From an uncultured Acidobacteriota bacterium (GTDB lineage: Bacteria > Acidobacteriota > Terriglobia > Acidiferrales > UBA7541), in the NCBI GenBank assembly GCA_963718945.1, contig CAVRAJ010000005.1, forward strand, positions 34,037 to 98,036: a DNA stretch of 64,000 bases, given 5' to 3'. The position numbers and the translations under genes are program-made. Under the pieces are notes generated by a model. It was not told where the DNA came from. It was given only the letters and a program-made list of their open reading frames with translations, and made no database searches. Of this stretch, positions 45,545 to 54,980 are shown one piece after another; the stretch's first letter is position 1; every line of letters starts with the position of its first letter.

Positions 45545-46588
45545 GAGCGGGCTTCGCCGAGGAACAGCCGACGTGAGAAAGAGTAGTTTTCTACCGGGCG
45601 TCGGTCGAGGGCATGCCAATCGTGCCGATGACAATATGCATACTTGTGCGGACTGGAAGAGATATGAGCTCGATCAGCGGAATGGTTGCCGTTTGGAAGC
45701 GGTCTGAAGGAGCGTCGCGCAAGACTAAAGCGGCGCGCCACCCGCCAGCGGTCGAACTGCTTCTCCCGAGCGACCGTGTTCACTGGCAAACGAGGCTGCG
45801 GCTGCCGAGCCGGAACGGTACGCGCTTTTCGCATCAGTCGGCGCGACGTGCAACGCGTTATGGATCCGATGTCACGCTCAGTTGGGCGATCTTTCGGTTT
45901 CTCCATCGCTGCGACCGTTGTCGGCCGATGCCAATGTTTGTTACGTAATATGGTTCTGGAAACTGCGGTAAAGGGAACTCCGATGCTTTGGTCACTTTTA
46001 ATAGGCGGATTTTGCGGTCTTGAACCGTTTGCTTTGCTGCTGACCGTATTCGTGGGAGTAGCACTGCCGATCTGAGGCAGATTAATTGAGGAGAAGCAAT
46101 TTCCGAGCGAGCTTAAGGTCGTTAGAAGAGTTAAGGAATCGCGGAAAGCAAGAACTGGAGCTATGGGCTAGCAAGACCAGCGGCCAAGAGCTGTCCCGGA
46201 CTAGAACCAAGAGGATTTCCTACGGTGACTGCAAAGCCAACATGGAGCAATTCGTTTTGTTCGGGCCGGAGATTCCAAGTCGGTGAACGGAATTACAGCT
46301 GGGTTCTGAGAAGTATCGGCGCACAAACCGGACAGCGGATCGGAAAATCAAGACCGTAGAAGCTCCGAACGGCGTTCCCGTGGTGAGGAAGGGAAAGCCT
46401 GGCAAGTCAGAGGCCTTTACAACGGAGATCAGTAAACATCCAAGCATTGTGCGGTTTTTCTCACCGTAATTATTTTCTTTGCGGCCTATAACTCTTGGGC
46501 TATTTTGCCACTATGCGAAATGGACAGGCTCCCGCGATCATTACCAAGACTTGGCTATCCGATTAAGTGATCAGAGCTCGTCATCTGC

Positions 46589-47501
46589 TTATAAGATTTT
46601 TTTGCCGAGGGCGGAGAGGACCAGTTCTACGCCGAGGAGGGCGGTGCGGTTGTGTTCGTCGATGATGGGATTTATTTCGACGACTTCGAGGGAGACCATG
46701 GCTTCGGAGTCGGCAATCATTTCCATGGCGAGATGAGCTTCGCGATAGGTGACGCCGCCGCGGACGGGCGTGCCGACGCCGGGGGCGTCGCTGGGATCGA
46801 CGAAGTCCATGTCCAGGCTGACGGCGATGCCGGCGGTGTCGTCCATGGCGTATTTGAGGGCATCAGCCATGACTTCGCGCATGCCGCGCTCGTCAATGTC
46901 GCGCATGGTGAAGACGTGGATGCCGGATTTCTTTGCGATTTTGCGTTCTTGCGCGTCGAGATCGCGCGCGCCGACAATCGACGATGTTGCCCGGCTCGGC
47001 TTTGGGCTTGAAACCCATGAGATCGACGAGTTCGGGTGGGCCGTAGCCCATGATGCTGGCGAGCGGCATGCCGTGAACATTGCCTGAAGGCGAGGATTCG
47101 GGTGTATTCATGTCGCCGTGGGCGTCCAGCCAGAGGTAGCCGATTTCTTTTTTGTCTTTGCGATAGTAAGAGGCGACTCCCGCGGCGACGCCGGCAGCGA
47201 TGGAATGGTCGCCGCCAAGAACGAGCGGGAGAAAACCTTCGCCGAGAGATTTTTCCACAGTAGTGGCGAGATCCTTGCAGGTTTCCGCGATTTCCTGAAG
47301 ATACTTGGCGCGTTTTTCGCCGACCTGCATTTCTTCGGGCTGCTTGACTTCGAGGTTGCCAATGTCTTCAACGGTGTTGCCAAGCTGCTTGATGCGCGCT
47401 TGCAGGCCGGCGCCGCGAAGGGCGGATGGGCCCATATCGACACCGCGGCGGCTTTGGCCGAGGTCCATGGGTACGCCGATGATTCTGACTTTTTGCGCCA
47501 T
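46589..47501 (-). pseudogene. rocF: Arginase (ureohydrolase family) interrupted by a single-base insertion
   Basis: ORF 46893..47591 (from M31, MAQKVRIIGVPMDLGQSRRGVDMGP...GGDHSIA...DAHGDMNTP...GFKPKAEPGNIV) and ORF 46589..47080 (IVGARDLDAQERK...SLDMDFVDPSDAPGVGTP...VVEINP) join as NIV/IVGARDLD if the base at 46979 is removed. This is colinear with Bacillus RocF HVVLIGVRSLD. Confidence 0.8.
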
Positions 47502-47648
47502 GTAAATCACTTGTTCCGTGATCCGTGGCCCGCGTCCCGTGAAGAGACAGAGAGTCACACCACTCGCAAACATGCGCGAGGCACAGATCACTCAAAGGGT
47601 CAGTACAAATTACGTGCGAGACGCATTTGCGGCGTCAACTACCCCGGA

Positions 47649-48950
47649 TTAAGGATACACGCGATAAATCATGCGTGGAAAGGGGATGACTTCGCGGATG
47701 TGTTCCGTGCCGCAAATCCAGGCGACGGTACGCTCGAGGCCAAGACCGAAGCCGGAGTGGGGAACGCTGCCGTAGCGGCGCAGGTCGAGATACCACTCGA
47801 ACGATTCCTGGGGCAAATTGTGTTCCTGGAGGCGCTTGAGGAGCAGGTCGTAATCGTGGATGCGCTGGCTGCCGCCGATGATTTCGCCGTAGCCTTCGGG
47901 GGCGATCATGTCGAAGGCGAGAGCGAGGTCGGGGCGCTGCGGATCGGGCTGCATGTAAAAAGCTTTGATGGCCGTGGGGTAGCGGTGAATCAGGACGGGG
48001 CGGTCGAATTCCTTTGAGATGAGAGTTTCTTCGTCGCCGCCGAAGTCGTCGCCGAATTTCGCGGGGTTGCCGTTTTTGTTCAAGAGGGCAACGGCGTCTT
48101 CGTAACTGATACGCGGGAACGGCGGTTTTATGTTCTCAAGTTTGCTGACGTCGCGCTTGAGCGTTTCGAGTTCGCGCGATTTATTCTTGACGACGCCTTG
48201 CACGATGGCGCTGACGAGGCCTTCGCCGAGGGACATGATTTCATCGAACTCGACGTAGGCGGCTTCGGGTTCGAGCATCCAGAATTCGGTGAGGTGGCGG
48301 CGAGTTTTGGATTTTTCGGCGCGGAACGTGGGGCCGAAAGTGTAGACCTTGCCGAGAGCCATGGCGATGGCTTCGGCATAGAGCTGGCCGCTCTGGGTCA
48401 GGTAGGCTTTTTGGTCGTCGATGTAATTGACTTCAAAGAGTGTGGAGGTACCTTCGCAAGCGGCGGGCGTGAACATGGGCGCGTCGGCGAGTGTGTAGCC
48501 TTGGCCGTCCATGAATTCGCGTGCCGCGCGAATGGCTTCGGCACGGATGCGCAGAATGGCGGCCTGACGGGGCGTGCGAATCCAGAGGTGGCGCTGATCG
48601 AGCAGGAAGTCGACGCCGTGCTCTTTGAGCTGGATGGGAAAAGGAGTTGCGTCGGGAACCTTTTGAACGATCTGGATTTTGCTGACGCCCATTTCGAAGC
48701 CGCCGGGAGCACGCTGTTCGGCGCGAATCTTTCCGGTGACGATGACGCTCGATTCCTGCGTAAGACCCTTCAGCGCTTCAAACGCTTCGGGGTTTTCCTT
48801 GAGGGAGCAAACACCCTGGATGATGCCGGTGCCATCGCGAAAAATGGGGAACATCAATTTGCCGGATTCGCGCAGGTTATAGAGCCAGCCGCGAATCGTT
48901 ACTTCCTGCTCCTCGTACTTGCCTGCTTGTTCGATGGAGATGATGGTCAT
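47649..48950 (-). CDS. asnS: Asparagine--tRNA ligase
   Basis: Class IIb core with [21 protein letters not shown] (AsnRS motif 2 region) and C-terminal GGSQR...GFGLGLER. The start is set at ATG 48950 (MTIISIEQ...). Confidence 0.9.
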   Translation of the reverse strand: MTIISIEQAGKYEEQEVTIRGWLYNLRESGKLMFPIFRDGTGIIQGVCSLKENPEAFEALKGLTQESSVIVTGKIRAEQRAPGGFEMGVSKIQIVQKVPDATPFPIQLKEHGVDFLLDQRHLWIRTPRQAAILRIRAEAIRAAREFMDGQGYTLADAPMFTPAACEGTSTLFEVNYIDDQKAYLTQSGQLYAEAIAMALGKVYTFGPTFRAEKSKTRRHLTEFWMLEPEAAYVEFDEIMSLGEGLVSAIVQGVVKNKSRELETLKRDVSKLENIKPPFPRISYEDAVALLNKNGNPAKFGDDFGGDEETLISKEFDRPVLIHRYPTAIKAFYMQPDPQRPDLALAFDMIAPEGYGEIIGGSQRIHDYDLLLKRLQEHNLPQESFEWYLDLRRYGSVPHSGFGLGLERTVAWICGTEHIREVIPFPRMIYRVYP

Positions 48951-49026
48951 AGTTCGGTTTTGAGTTAGAAATTCAAACGAATAGTTTACCAGAGAGGGCA
49001 GACCCAGCACGCAATGATGGGAAGCA

Positions 49027-49434
49027 TCAGCGATTGGCCATGGTGCGGATATTTCCGAGTCCAAGGAGGCGCTGGTCGGCGGTGACAAGGGTCAGATCTA
49101 ACACCTGTGCAGTAGCTGCGAGGAAGCGATCTGCAGGATCTCCGTGGAGATGCAGTTGGTGCGCCGCAAGGGCGATCTCGTGAGTGAGGGGGGCCTCGCG
49201 ATGAATTCCAGCAAGGGCTAGCGGAAGCCAATCGACCGGCTCTGCTGGCAACTGGATTCTGCCCTTACGGTACAACGTCATCGCTTCCCAGACGCTGATG
49301 GGAGACAACCATAGTTCGTTAGTAGAGTCGGCCAATTCCCGCGCAGTGTTTGGCAGGATCCGCTGAGGGCTCTGCAGGAGCCAGAGCCAGATGTGCGTGT
49401 CGAGCAAGAGCTTCAATCGCGAAGAACCTCCCAC
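49027..49434 (-). CDS. vapC: PIN-domain toxin VapC (type II TA)
   Basis: [12 protein letters not shown]...SPISVWE...[11 protein letters not shown]...LVTAD contains the PIN acidic residues. It overlaps the upstream antitoxin gene, so the start may be internal. Confidence 0.8.
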   Translation of the reverse strand: MGGSSRLKLLLDTHIWLWLLQSPQRILPNTARELADSTNELWLSPISVWEAMTLYRKGRIQLPAEPVDWLPLALAGIHREAPLTHEIALAAHQLHLHGDPADRFLAATAQVLDLTLVTADQRLLGLGNIRTMANR

Positions 49435-49655
49435 TCATCCTCATCACTTGCCGGAGAAATGATGTCGCCCAGAATCTTCATTGAATCCTTCATAGAGCCA
49501 ATCCAAGCAGCGCGGTCCATAACCGGCTTTGACGGAATTACCTCGGCGATGGGCTTGCCGTGCCGAGTAATGCGGATTGGCAATTTGGTCTTTTCTACCT
49601 GATCGAGAATGGCGAGGCATTTGGCTTTGAATTCGGAGATAGCTATTTCTTGCAT
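49413..49655 (-). CDS. Phd/YefM-family antitoxin
   Basis: MQEIAISEFKAKCLAILDQVEKTKLPIRITRHGKPIAEVIP is a typical Phd/YefM N-terminus. Confidence 0.8.
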   Translation of the reverse strand: MQEIAISEFKAKCLAILDQVEKTKLPIRITRHGKPIAEVIPSKPVMDRAAWIGSMKDSMKILGDIISPASDEDEWEVLRD

Positions 49656-49715
49656 GGAGTTACCTGACCATATTATAGACCATGGTCAGAATTATGGTCA
49701 ACTAACTGAAAAGAC

Positions 49716-50576
49716 CTAGTTCCATTCCCGCTCGAAGAGGTCGAGGGAGGCGCGGGCGATGGCTAGTTGCTCGGCAGTGGAAGGTGTGTCGTGGCCGGTT
49801 TTTTCTTTTAGCTCGAGGGTGAGAGGGAGATGGGCATCGGGAGCGGACTTCAGAATCTTGACGGCGGATTCCCAGTCAATCGAGCCTTCGTAGGGCGGAA
49901 GATGCTCGTCCTTTTCGCCGTGATTGTCGTGAATATGAGCGGAGACGGCCAATTCGCGCAGCGGCATAAAACCTTTTTCGATGCGTTCGTTCTCGGGGCC
50001 TTCCGCCAAATAGGCGTGGCCGATATCGAAATTGAAGCGTAGGCCATTCAAACGCGTTTCGTCCACGAATGCGCGCAGATAGGCGGGGTCACCCATTTCG
50101 CTGGCGGTGTTCTCGACGGTGATGGTCACGCCGCAATGATGAGCGTGCAAGACGAGGTGCTCGAGCGAGCTGAAGGCTGCATCGCGCTTACGCGGGTCTG
50201 CCGTATCGCGTGATCCGCCCATGTGCAGAATCAGCCGGGAATAGGGCAAATCTTCGGCGACGTCGATCACGCGCTTCAACTCATCCATGGCTTCGATGCG
50301 CCGCACGCGTTCCACTTCCGTGATGGAAAGAGGCGCGCCGCCTTCGCGGGTCGCGCTCAAATCGCGGCTCGTAGGAGCATGGAGCGACGCAAGAGCGAGG
50401 CCGTGCTTCGAAAGAGCGCTGGCCATCGCCTGGACTTCTTGTTTGGTGGTGTAATCGAAGTGGCTTCGGGTGGCGAAAATTTCGAGGGCTTCGAAGCCAG
50501 CCCCGGCGATCTCGCCGAGCAGTTCCGTAGTCAATCTTCGCGACACAAACATGTATGTGGATAGGATTCTTTGCAT
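49716..50576 (-). CDS. Sugar-phosphate isomerase/epimerase (xylose-isomerase-like TIM barrel)
   Basis: AGFEALEIF..., LHMGG, ITVENT, DIGHAY and HIHDN are metal-ligand motifs of the AP-endonuclease-2/TIM family. Confidence 0.8.
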   Translation of the reverse strand: MQRILSTYMFVSRRLTTELLGEIAGAGFEALEIFATRSHFDYTTKQEVQAMASALSKHGLALASLHAPTSRDLSATREGGAPLSITEVERVRRIEAMDELKRVIDVAEDLPYSRLILHMGGSRDTADPRKRDAAFSSLEHLVLHAHHCGVTITVENTASEMGDPAYLRAFVDETRLNGLRFNFDIGHAYLAEGPENERIEKGFMPLRELAVSAHIHDNHGEKDEHLPPYEGSIDWESAVKILKSAPDAHLPLTLELKEKTGHDTPSTAEQLAIARASLDLFEREWN

Positions 50577-50665
50577 AGCTCCGTGCTCTGCCCCTAAGTT
50601 GAAAACCAGGCGCCCTACTCCAGGCCACCCAGAACAGTCTCCGGGCGGAGGTACAAAAAAGTCGT

Positions 50666-52486
50666 TCAGTAACCCACGGCCGCTCCGTGATCGCGTGGGT
50701 CAGCTGCGCCGAGGCGCTCGCCGGTTTTAGGGTCGATCCCGATCGCGTTCACCAGGCCAATGTGTCCGCGGCGCCGCGTTTGGTAGCCCTCCGCTTTCAA
50801 TGCAGCCTCGATGCCTGGGGGAAAATCACTCTCCATCAGGACCACGTCCGGCAGCCACTGATGATGAAAACGTGGCGTGTTGATGGAGGCCTGGGCGTCC
50901 ATTCCCAGCCGCATCCAGTTTAGAACGCTCAGCAACGTGGCCGAAATAATCGTGGGTCCGCCGGGCGAACCAGTTACGAAGCTCAATTGGCCGTCGCGCA
51001 ACACAATTGTCGGGACCATGGAACTCAGCGGGCGATGGCCCGGAGCGATGGCGTTGGCTTCGGATTGGATGAGTCCGAAGAGCGCGTTCGGAACGCCGGG
51101 TTGCGTGGTGAAATCGTCCATCTCGTCGTTGAGCAGAAATCCCGCCGTGGAAGTCACGTGCGAACCGTAGCTGTTGTTGAGCGTGTAGGTGCTGGCAACG
51201 GCGTTGCCGGCTGAGTCGACGATGGAAAAGTGGGTCGTGTGCTGTCCCTCGCCGAGGCCGACAACTCTTTGCGGAGCTGCGTCGTTGGCGGCGGAAACGC
51301 CGCAGACGTGCGGAGTGCCCGCTTTCACTGTATTGCTGGAGGAAGCGTGCTGCGGATCGATGGTCGCCACAAGTTCCTTGGCGTAGCACTCGCTGGTGAG
51401 GCCGTCAACGGGCACTTTAGAAAAATCGGGGTCCGCCAAGTAGACGGCGCGGTCGGCAAAGACGCGCCGCATCGTTTCCACCACCATGTGTACGCTTTCC
51501 AAATCGTCCCAGCCTTTCAGCGGGACTCCCTGCAACATATTCAGTGCCTCGATGATGGCAACGCCGCCAGAACTGGGCGGCGGCGAAGAAATCACCTCCC
51601 ACTTGTGGCCATCGAGTTCGTAATCGCCGCGCAATGGCTGGCGCATCTTCGGCTGGTATTGCGCGAGATCCTCGAGAGTGATGAGGCCGCCCATGCGCTG
51701 CATGTCATCGGCGATCCTGTGCGCCGTTTCGCCGTGGTAAAATTCGGCTGCACCGTTTTTCGCAATTCGCTTGAGAGTCGCAGCCAGTTCCGGCTGCTTG
51801 AACGTGTCGCCAGCCTTGAACATTTTTCCGTCATTCAAAAAGATGTGGCGGCTCACGGCAAACTGCTGCAAATAGCCGCGCTGATCTTCCAATTGCTTGG
51901 CCATTTTTTCGCTGATGGGGAAACCGTCTTCCGCAAGATGAATCGCCGGGGCCATCACAACGGCAAGTTTCAGCTTGCCGTAAGTCTTGAGCGCGAGTTC
52001 CAGGCCTGCGACCGTGCCGGGCACTGCCACGGACTTGTAGCCGATCACAGATAGGTCTTTGACAAGCTTGCCGTCGGCTCCGATGTACATGTCGCGCGTG
52101 GCTTTGCCGGGGGCGACCTCGCGGTAGTCAAAGAAGGTGCTGTTCCCATCGGCCAGCCGCACGAGCATGAACCCGCCACCGCCGATGTTTCCGGCGGCCG
52201 GCTCGACGACCGCCAAAGCAAAAGCCACGGCCACTCCGGCATCGACGGCATTTCCACCACGCTCGAGAATTTCGACGCCGGCCTGCGAGCCCAACTGTTC
52301 GTCGGTGGCAACCATCCCGTGCGGAGCGCGAACCGCTTCTTGAGGCCATGGTGTGCTGGAATCATTGTAAAGACGGTACTCGGCGGCGGCTTGTCCACGA
52401 GAAACAGGCGCAAGCAGCGCGAGAACCACAAATGCCGTGGAAAGAATTCGCGCAGACTGGATCATGTGAGGCTCCCCCGCAGACAA
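50666..52486 (-). CDS. ggt: Gamma-glutamyltranspeptidase
   Basis: Signal peptide, GGNAVDAGVA, GIGGGGFM, the autoprocessing site ...GQHTTHFSIVD, and SPGGPTII. Confidence 0.92.
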   Translation of the reverse strand: MSAGEPHMIQSARILSTAFVVLALLAPVSRGQAAAEYRLYNDSSTPWPQEAVRAPHGMVATDEQLGSQAGVEILERGGNAVDAGVAVAFALAVVEPAAGNIGGGGFMLVRLADGNSTFFDYREVAPGKATRDMYIGADGKLVKDLSVIGYKSVAVPGTVAGLELALKTYGKLKLAVVMAPAIHLAEDGFPISEKMAKQLEDQRGYLQQFAVSRHIFLNDGKMFKAGDTFKQPELAATLKRIAKNGAAEFYHGETAHRIADDMQRMGGLITLEDLAQYQPKMRQPLRGDYELDGHKWEVISSPPPSSGGVAIIEALNMLQGVPLKGWDDLESVHMVVETMRRVFADRAVYLADPDFSKVPVDGLTSECYAKELVATIDPQHASSSNTVKAGTPHVCGVSAANDAAPQRVVGLGEGQHTTHFSIVDSAGNAVASTYTLNNSYGSHVTSTAGFLLNDEMDDFTTQPGVPNALFGLIQSEANAIAPGHRPLSSMVPTIVLRDGQLSFVTGSPGGPTIISATLLSVLNWMRLGMDAQASINTPRFHHQWLPDVVLMESDFPPGIEAALKAEGYQTRRRGHIGLVNAIGIDPKTGERLGAADPRDHGAAVGY

Positions 52487-52635
52487 CAGACACTAAGTGA
52501 TTAGAGGGAAAGCGTCAAGGCAGGCTTGGCTCTGGTGCGGCCGGGGAGGCCTGGAAAAATAGAGTATGCGCATCAGCAGAAGGCGCGGAAATTTTAACTC
52601 GGCTTGCGGATCATACTAAGTTTCTTTTTCTGTTG

Positions 52636-53508
52636 CTATTCGGAAAGAAACTCGACATCAGGCGGACCGGGGAGAAGGCCTGCTGCGGTTCCGCGCTCAA
52701 TTAGGGCTCTGACGGCTTGCTTTCCGCGCTCGCCGTAGCCGAGCGTCCAGCGGTTGACGTACATTCCCACGAACTTGTCGGCTATTTCGGTTTCCATGTC
52801 GCGGGCAAACTGCATGGCATAGTTTAGGGCTTCTTCGCGGTGTTCTAGGCCGTATTCGACGCTATCCTTAATCGTCTTAGCAATTTGCAGACCGAGAGCG
52901 GGGCCAAGCGCACGCCGAACGGCATTTCCGCCGAGAGGAAGGGGGAGCCCCGTTTGTTCGTGCCACCAGACGCCCAAGTCCACCACACGGTGTAAGCCGA
53001 GCTGGGGAAAGAGCAATTGGCCTTCATGAATCAGAAGACCAGCCTCCACGACTTCGTTCTTGACGGCGTCGAGAATTTTGTCGAAGGCCATGACAACCGG
53101 TTCAAAATTTGGCTCAAACAACTTCAAGGTTAAATAAGCTGTGGTTTTCAGGCCCGGAACGGCAATCCGTTTGCCAGCTAACTCTTCGCGTTTCAAAGAC
53201 TTGGAGGAAACGACGATGGGACCATAATTCTCACCGAAGCTGGCTCCGCAATCGAGCAGGACGTATTTATCGCGCAAGGTAGGGTAGGCAGCGAAGCTTA
53301 GAGCGGTGACGTCGTAGGTTTCGGTCAGAGCCGCGTCGTTGAGGGATTGAATGTCGGAGAGAACATGAGTGTATTTGTAACCGGGCGTGGGGAGTTTGTG
53401 AGTTGCCAATGCATAAAACATAAAAGCATCGTCGGAATCCGGCGAATGCGCGAGCTTGATCTCAAGAGTTTCTTTTTCGGGTTTTGAGGCTGCCTGTGTA
53501 CCGGACAT
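52636..53508 (-). CDS. MqnA/MqnD-family (VitK2_biosynth fold) protein, futalosine-pathway-like
   Basis: LAHSPDSDDAFMFYAL, VTALSFAAY and RIAVPGLKTTAYLTLKL match the MqnA/MqnD periplasmic-binding-like fold. The exact step is not assignable. Confidence 0.7.
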   Translation of the reverse strand: MSGTQAASKPEKETLEIKLAHSPDSDDAFMFYALATHKLPTPGYKYTHVLSDIQSLNDAALTETYDVTALSFAAYPTLRDKYVLLDCGASFGENYGPIVVSSKSLKREELAGKRIAVPGLKTTAYLTLKLFEPNFEPVVMAFDKILDAVKNEVVEAGLLIHEGQLLFPQLGLHRVVDLGVWWHEQTGLPLPLGGNAVRRALGPALGLQIAKTIKDSVEYGLEHREEALNYAMQFARDMETEIADKFVGMYVNRWTLGYGERGKQAVRALIERGTAAGLLPGPPDVEFLSE

Positions 53509-53748
53509 GGGCTTATCCAGTTCTTTCCGACGACCGAGGTCCGAGGGAGCCGGTCATCGAATAGCCCGAGCCGTCCATTTGGTTTCTCCGGAGAGAGTCT
53601 TCCCCCTCGGGAAAGCTCTGTTGAGGAACGGTAAGGAGAGAACGTTTGCGACGCTGGGGCTTGCGTGGCGCGTGGCCAGGCTCGTTTCCGCACCGCAAAG
53701 ACTAGCACAACCGCGGCTTCTCGACAAACGGCAGCGCTGCTGTAGCGG

Positions 53749-54861
53749 CTAGAGCGCGGAGACCATGCGCGCGATGGCGTCGTCGAACGTGGACCGGCTG
53801 TCGAGATAGGGCTGCCAGAAACGGATGAGAAGTTGGTAGTAATCGTTCCAGCCGCGCTGAGAGAGGCCCTCGCGGACGGTGTAGGGCAGGTGAGTCTCTC
53901 GGGGAGCGGCGAGAGCGCCATCCACTCCGGGATTGGCGGAGTCCTGTCCGTCCTGGGTTTCTTTACTGGGCGTTGTCAGTAAGGGCTGGATCACTTCGCC
54001 AGTGGTGTAAAGGATGAGCGCCGGCCACAGGTCGCGCGGAATGGCTTTGCCACGCTGGCGGCATTCGCGAATAATCGCCTGCTGCACCGGTTCCGCGATC
54101 CCGTGGGAAGCCTCGTGAAAGAGCACTTCGAACGCTTCGTCTCCCTGGTTGCGCGGATCGGTGCTGGAAATGGTGACGCGCAGAGGATCGAGCGTGGTGT
54201 ATGCGCCCGCCGAATTTGCATAAGCGGAAACGTCAACGCGAATTTTCTCCTTGGGCCATTTCGTCTGATAGACATCCGCAAGCCGCTGGGAAACTCCAAC
54301 CCCTTGTTCGATCACGAGCGGGGCCACACGGGCGATCCACCGGCGGTTGGCGCGGTCCTGGTCGGGCCACAAGTGGGCGCGATAGACAGGAGCCGCGGCG
54401 TCCAGCACTCGGGTCACGCCTGGAGGCAAGCCTGCGTCGCAAGTTTTTTTGTGCGCGCCGGAGAGTTCGTCGCAGTCTTCAAAGTCTTCGAGCTGATTTT
54501 TTAGCAGGATAAGGTCGGTGTTGAAGAGCAGATCTTTATCCGCATAGTTTGCCGCGTAATAAGCCACGGCGGTGCTCCATGCGATCTGCTCCGCTGAGGT
54601 GAGGGTCGTGGCGGCATCTTTCGTGGTTTTCAATTTTAATTGCGGTCCCACACTGGCTCGAGGAGCGGCAGGTGGTGGAATTCCGCGCTGCTTGGCCTCG
54701 TAATAGAGCGTGTGGTGAAGGTTGATCCAGAACCCGCTGTGGAGTTCAAAGACGGGAAGTGGTCCGTATGTCGAACTGAACTCTTGAGACATTGCCGCCG
54801 AAGGCCTCAAAAGAGCGAGGGCCAAGAGCGGCAAAAGGATTCGGGCGGAAGCCGGGCGCAT
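53749..54861 (-). CDS. Secreted hypothetical protein with an HExxH motif
   Basis: The start is set at ATG 54861 (MRPASARILLPLLALALLRPSAAMSQE signal peptide). There is a single FHEASHGI motif and no other recognisable family signature. Confidence 0.5.
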   Translation of the reverse strand: MRPASARILLPLLALALLRPSAAMSQEFSSTYGPLPVFELHSGFWINLHHTLYYEAKQRGIPPPAAPRASVGPQLKLKTTKDAATTLTSAEQIAWSTAVAYYAANYADKDLLFNTDLILLKNQLEDFEDCDELSGAHKKTCDAGLPPGVTRVLDAAAPVYRAHLWPDQDRANRRWIARVAPLVIEQGVGVSQRLADVYQTKWPKEKIRVDVSAYANSAGAYTTLDPLRVTISSTDPRNQGDEAFEVLFHEASHGIAEPVQQAIIRECRQRGKAIPRDLWPALILYTTGEVIQPLLTTPSKETQDGQDSANPGVDGALAAPRETHLPYTVREGLSQRGWNDYYQLLIRFWQPYLDSRSTFDDAIARMVSAL

Positions 54862-54980
54862 GTTGAATCGCACGATAGTAGCGCCAACTCCTCCGCCGCA
54901 CAAACTCGGGATTCTTTCTTTCCCCTAATTCTCAATACCCGATGTAATATGCCGCTTCTTTTGTGCCGGGGGAGAATCTG

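Noticed and set aside
44002-45576. 524-aa + strand ORF in an alternative frame, plus the 374-aa minus ORF 43426..44550
   Set aside because: Both lie inside the ADOP permease gene and have Gly/Arg/Ala-rich low-complexity translations.
45646-46450. Truncated group II intron
   Set aside because: Only a GTGCG start-like pentamer and a weak RT-0-like peptide are present. There is no domain V/VI, no continuous RT ORF and no upstream RT residues. It is kept only as a low-confidence possibility inside the gene-desert finding.
48198-48968. 256-aa + strand ORF; likewise 51230..52054 within ggt and 18345..19082 and 19107..19727 within the GH57 gene
   Set aside because: These are antisense or alternative-frame ORFs inside genes with strong family signatures.
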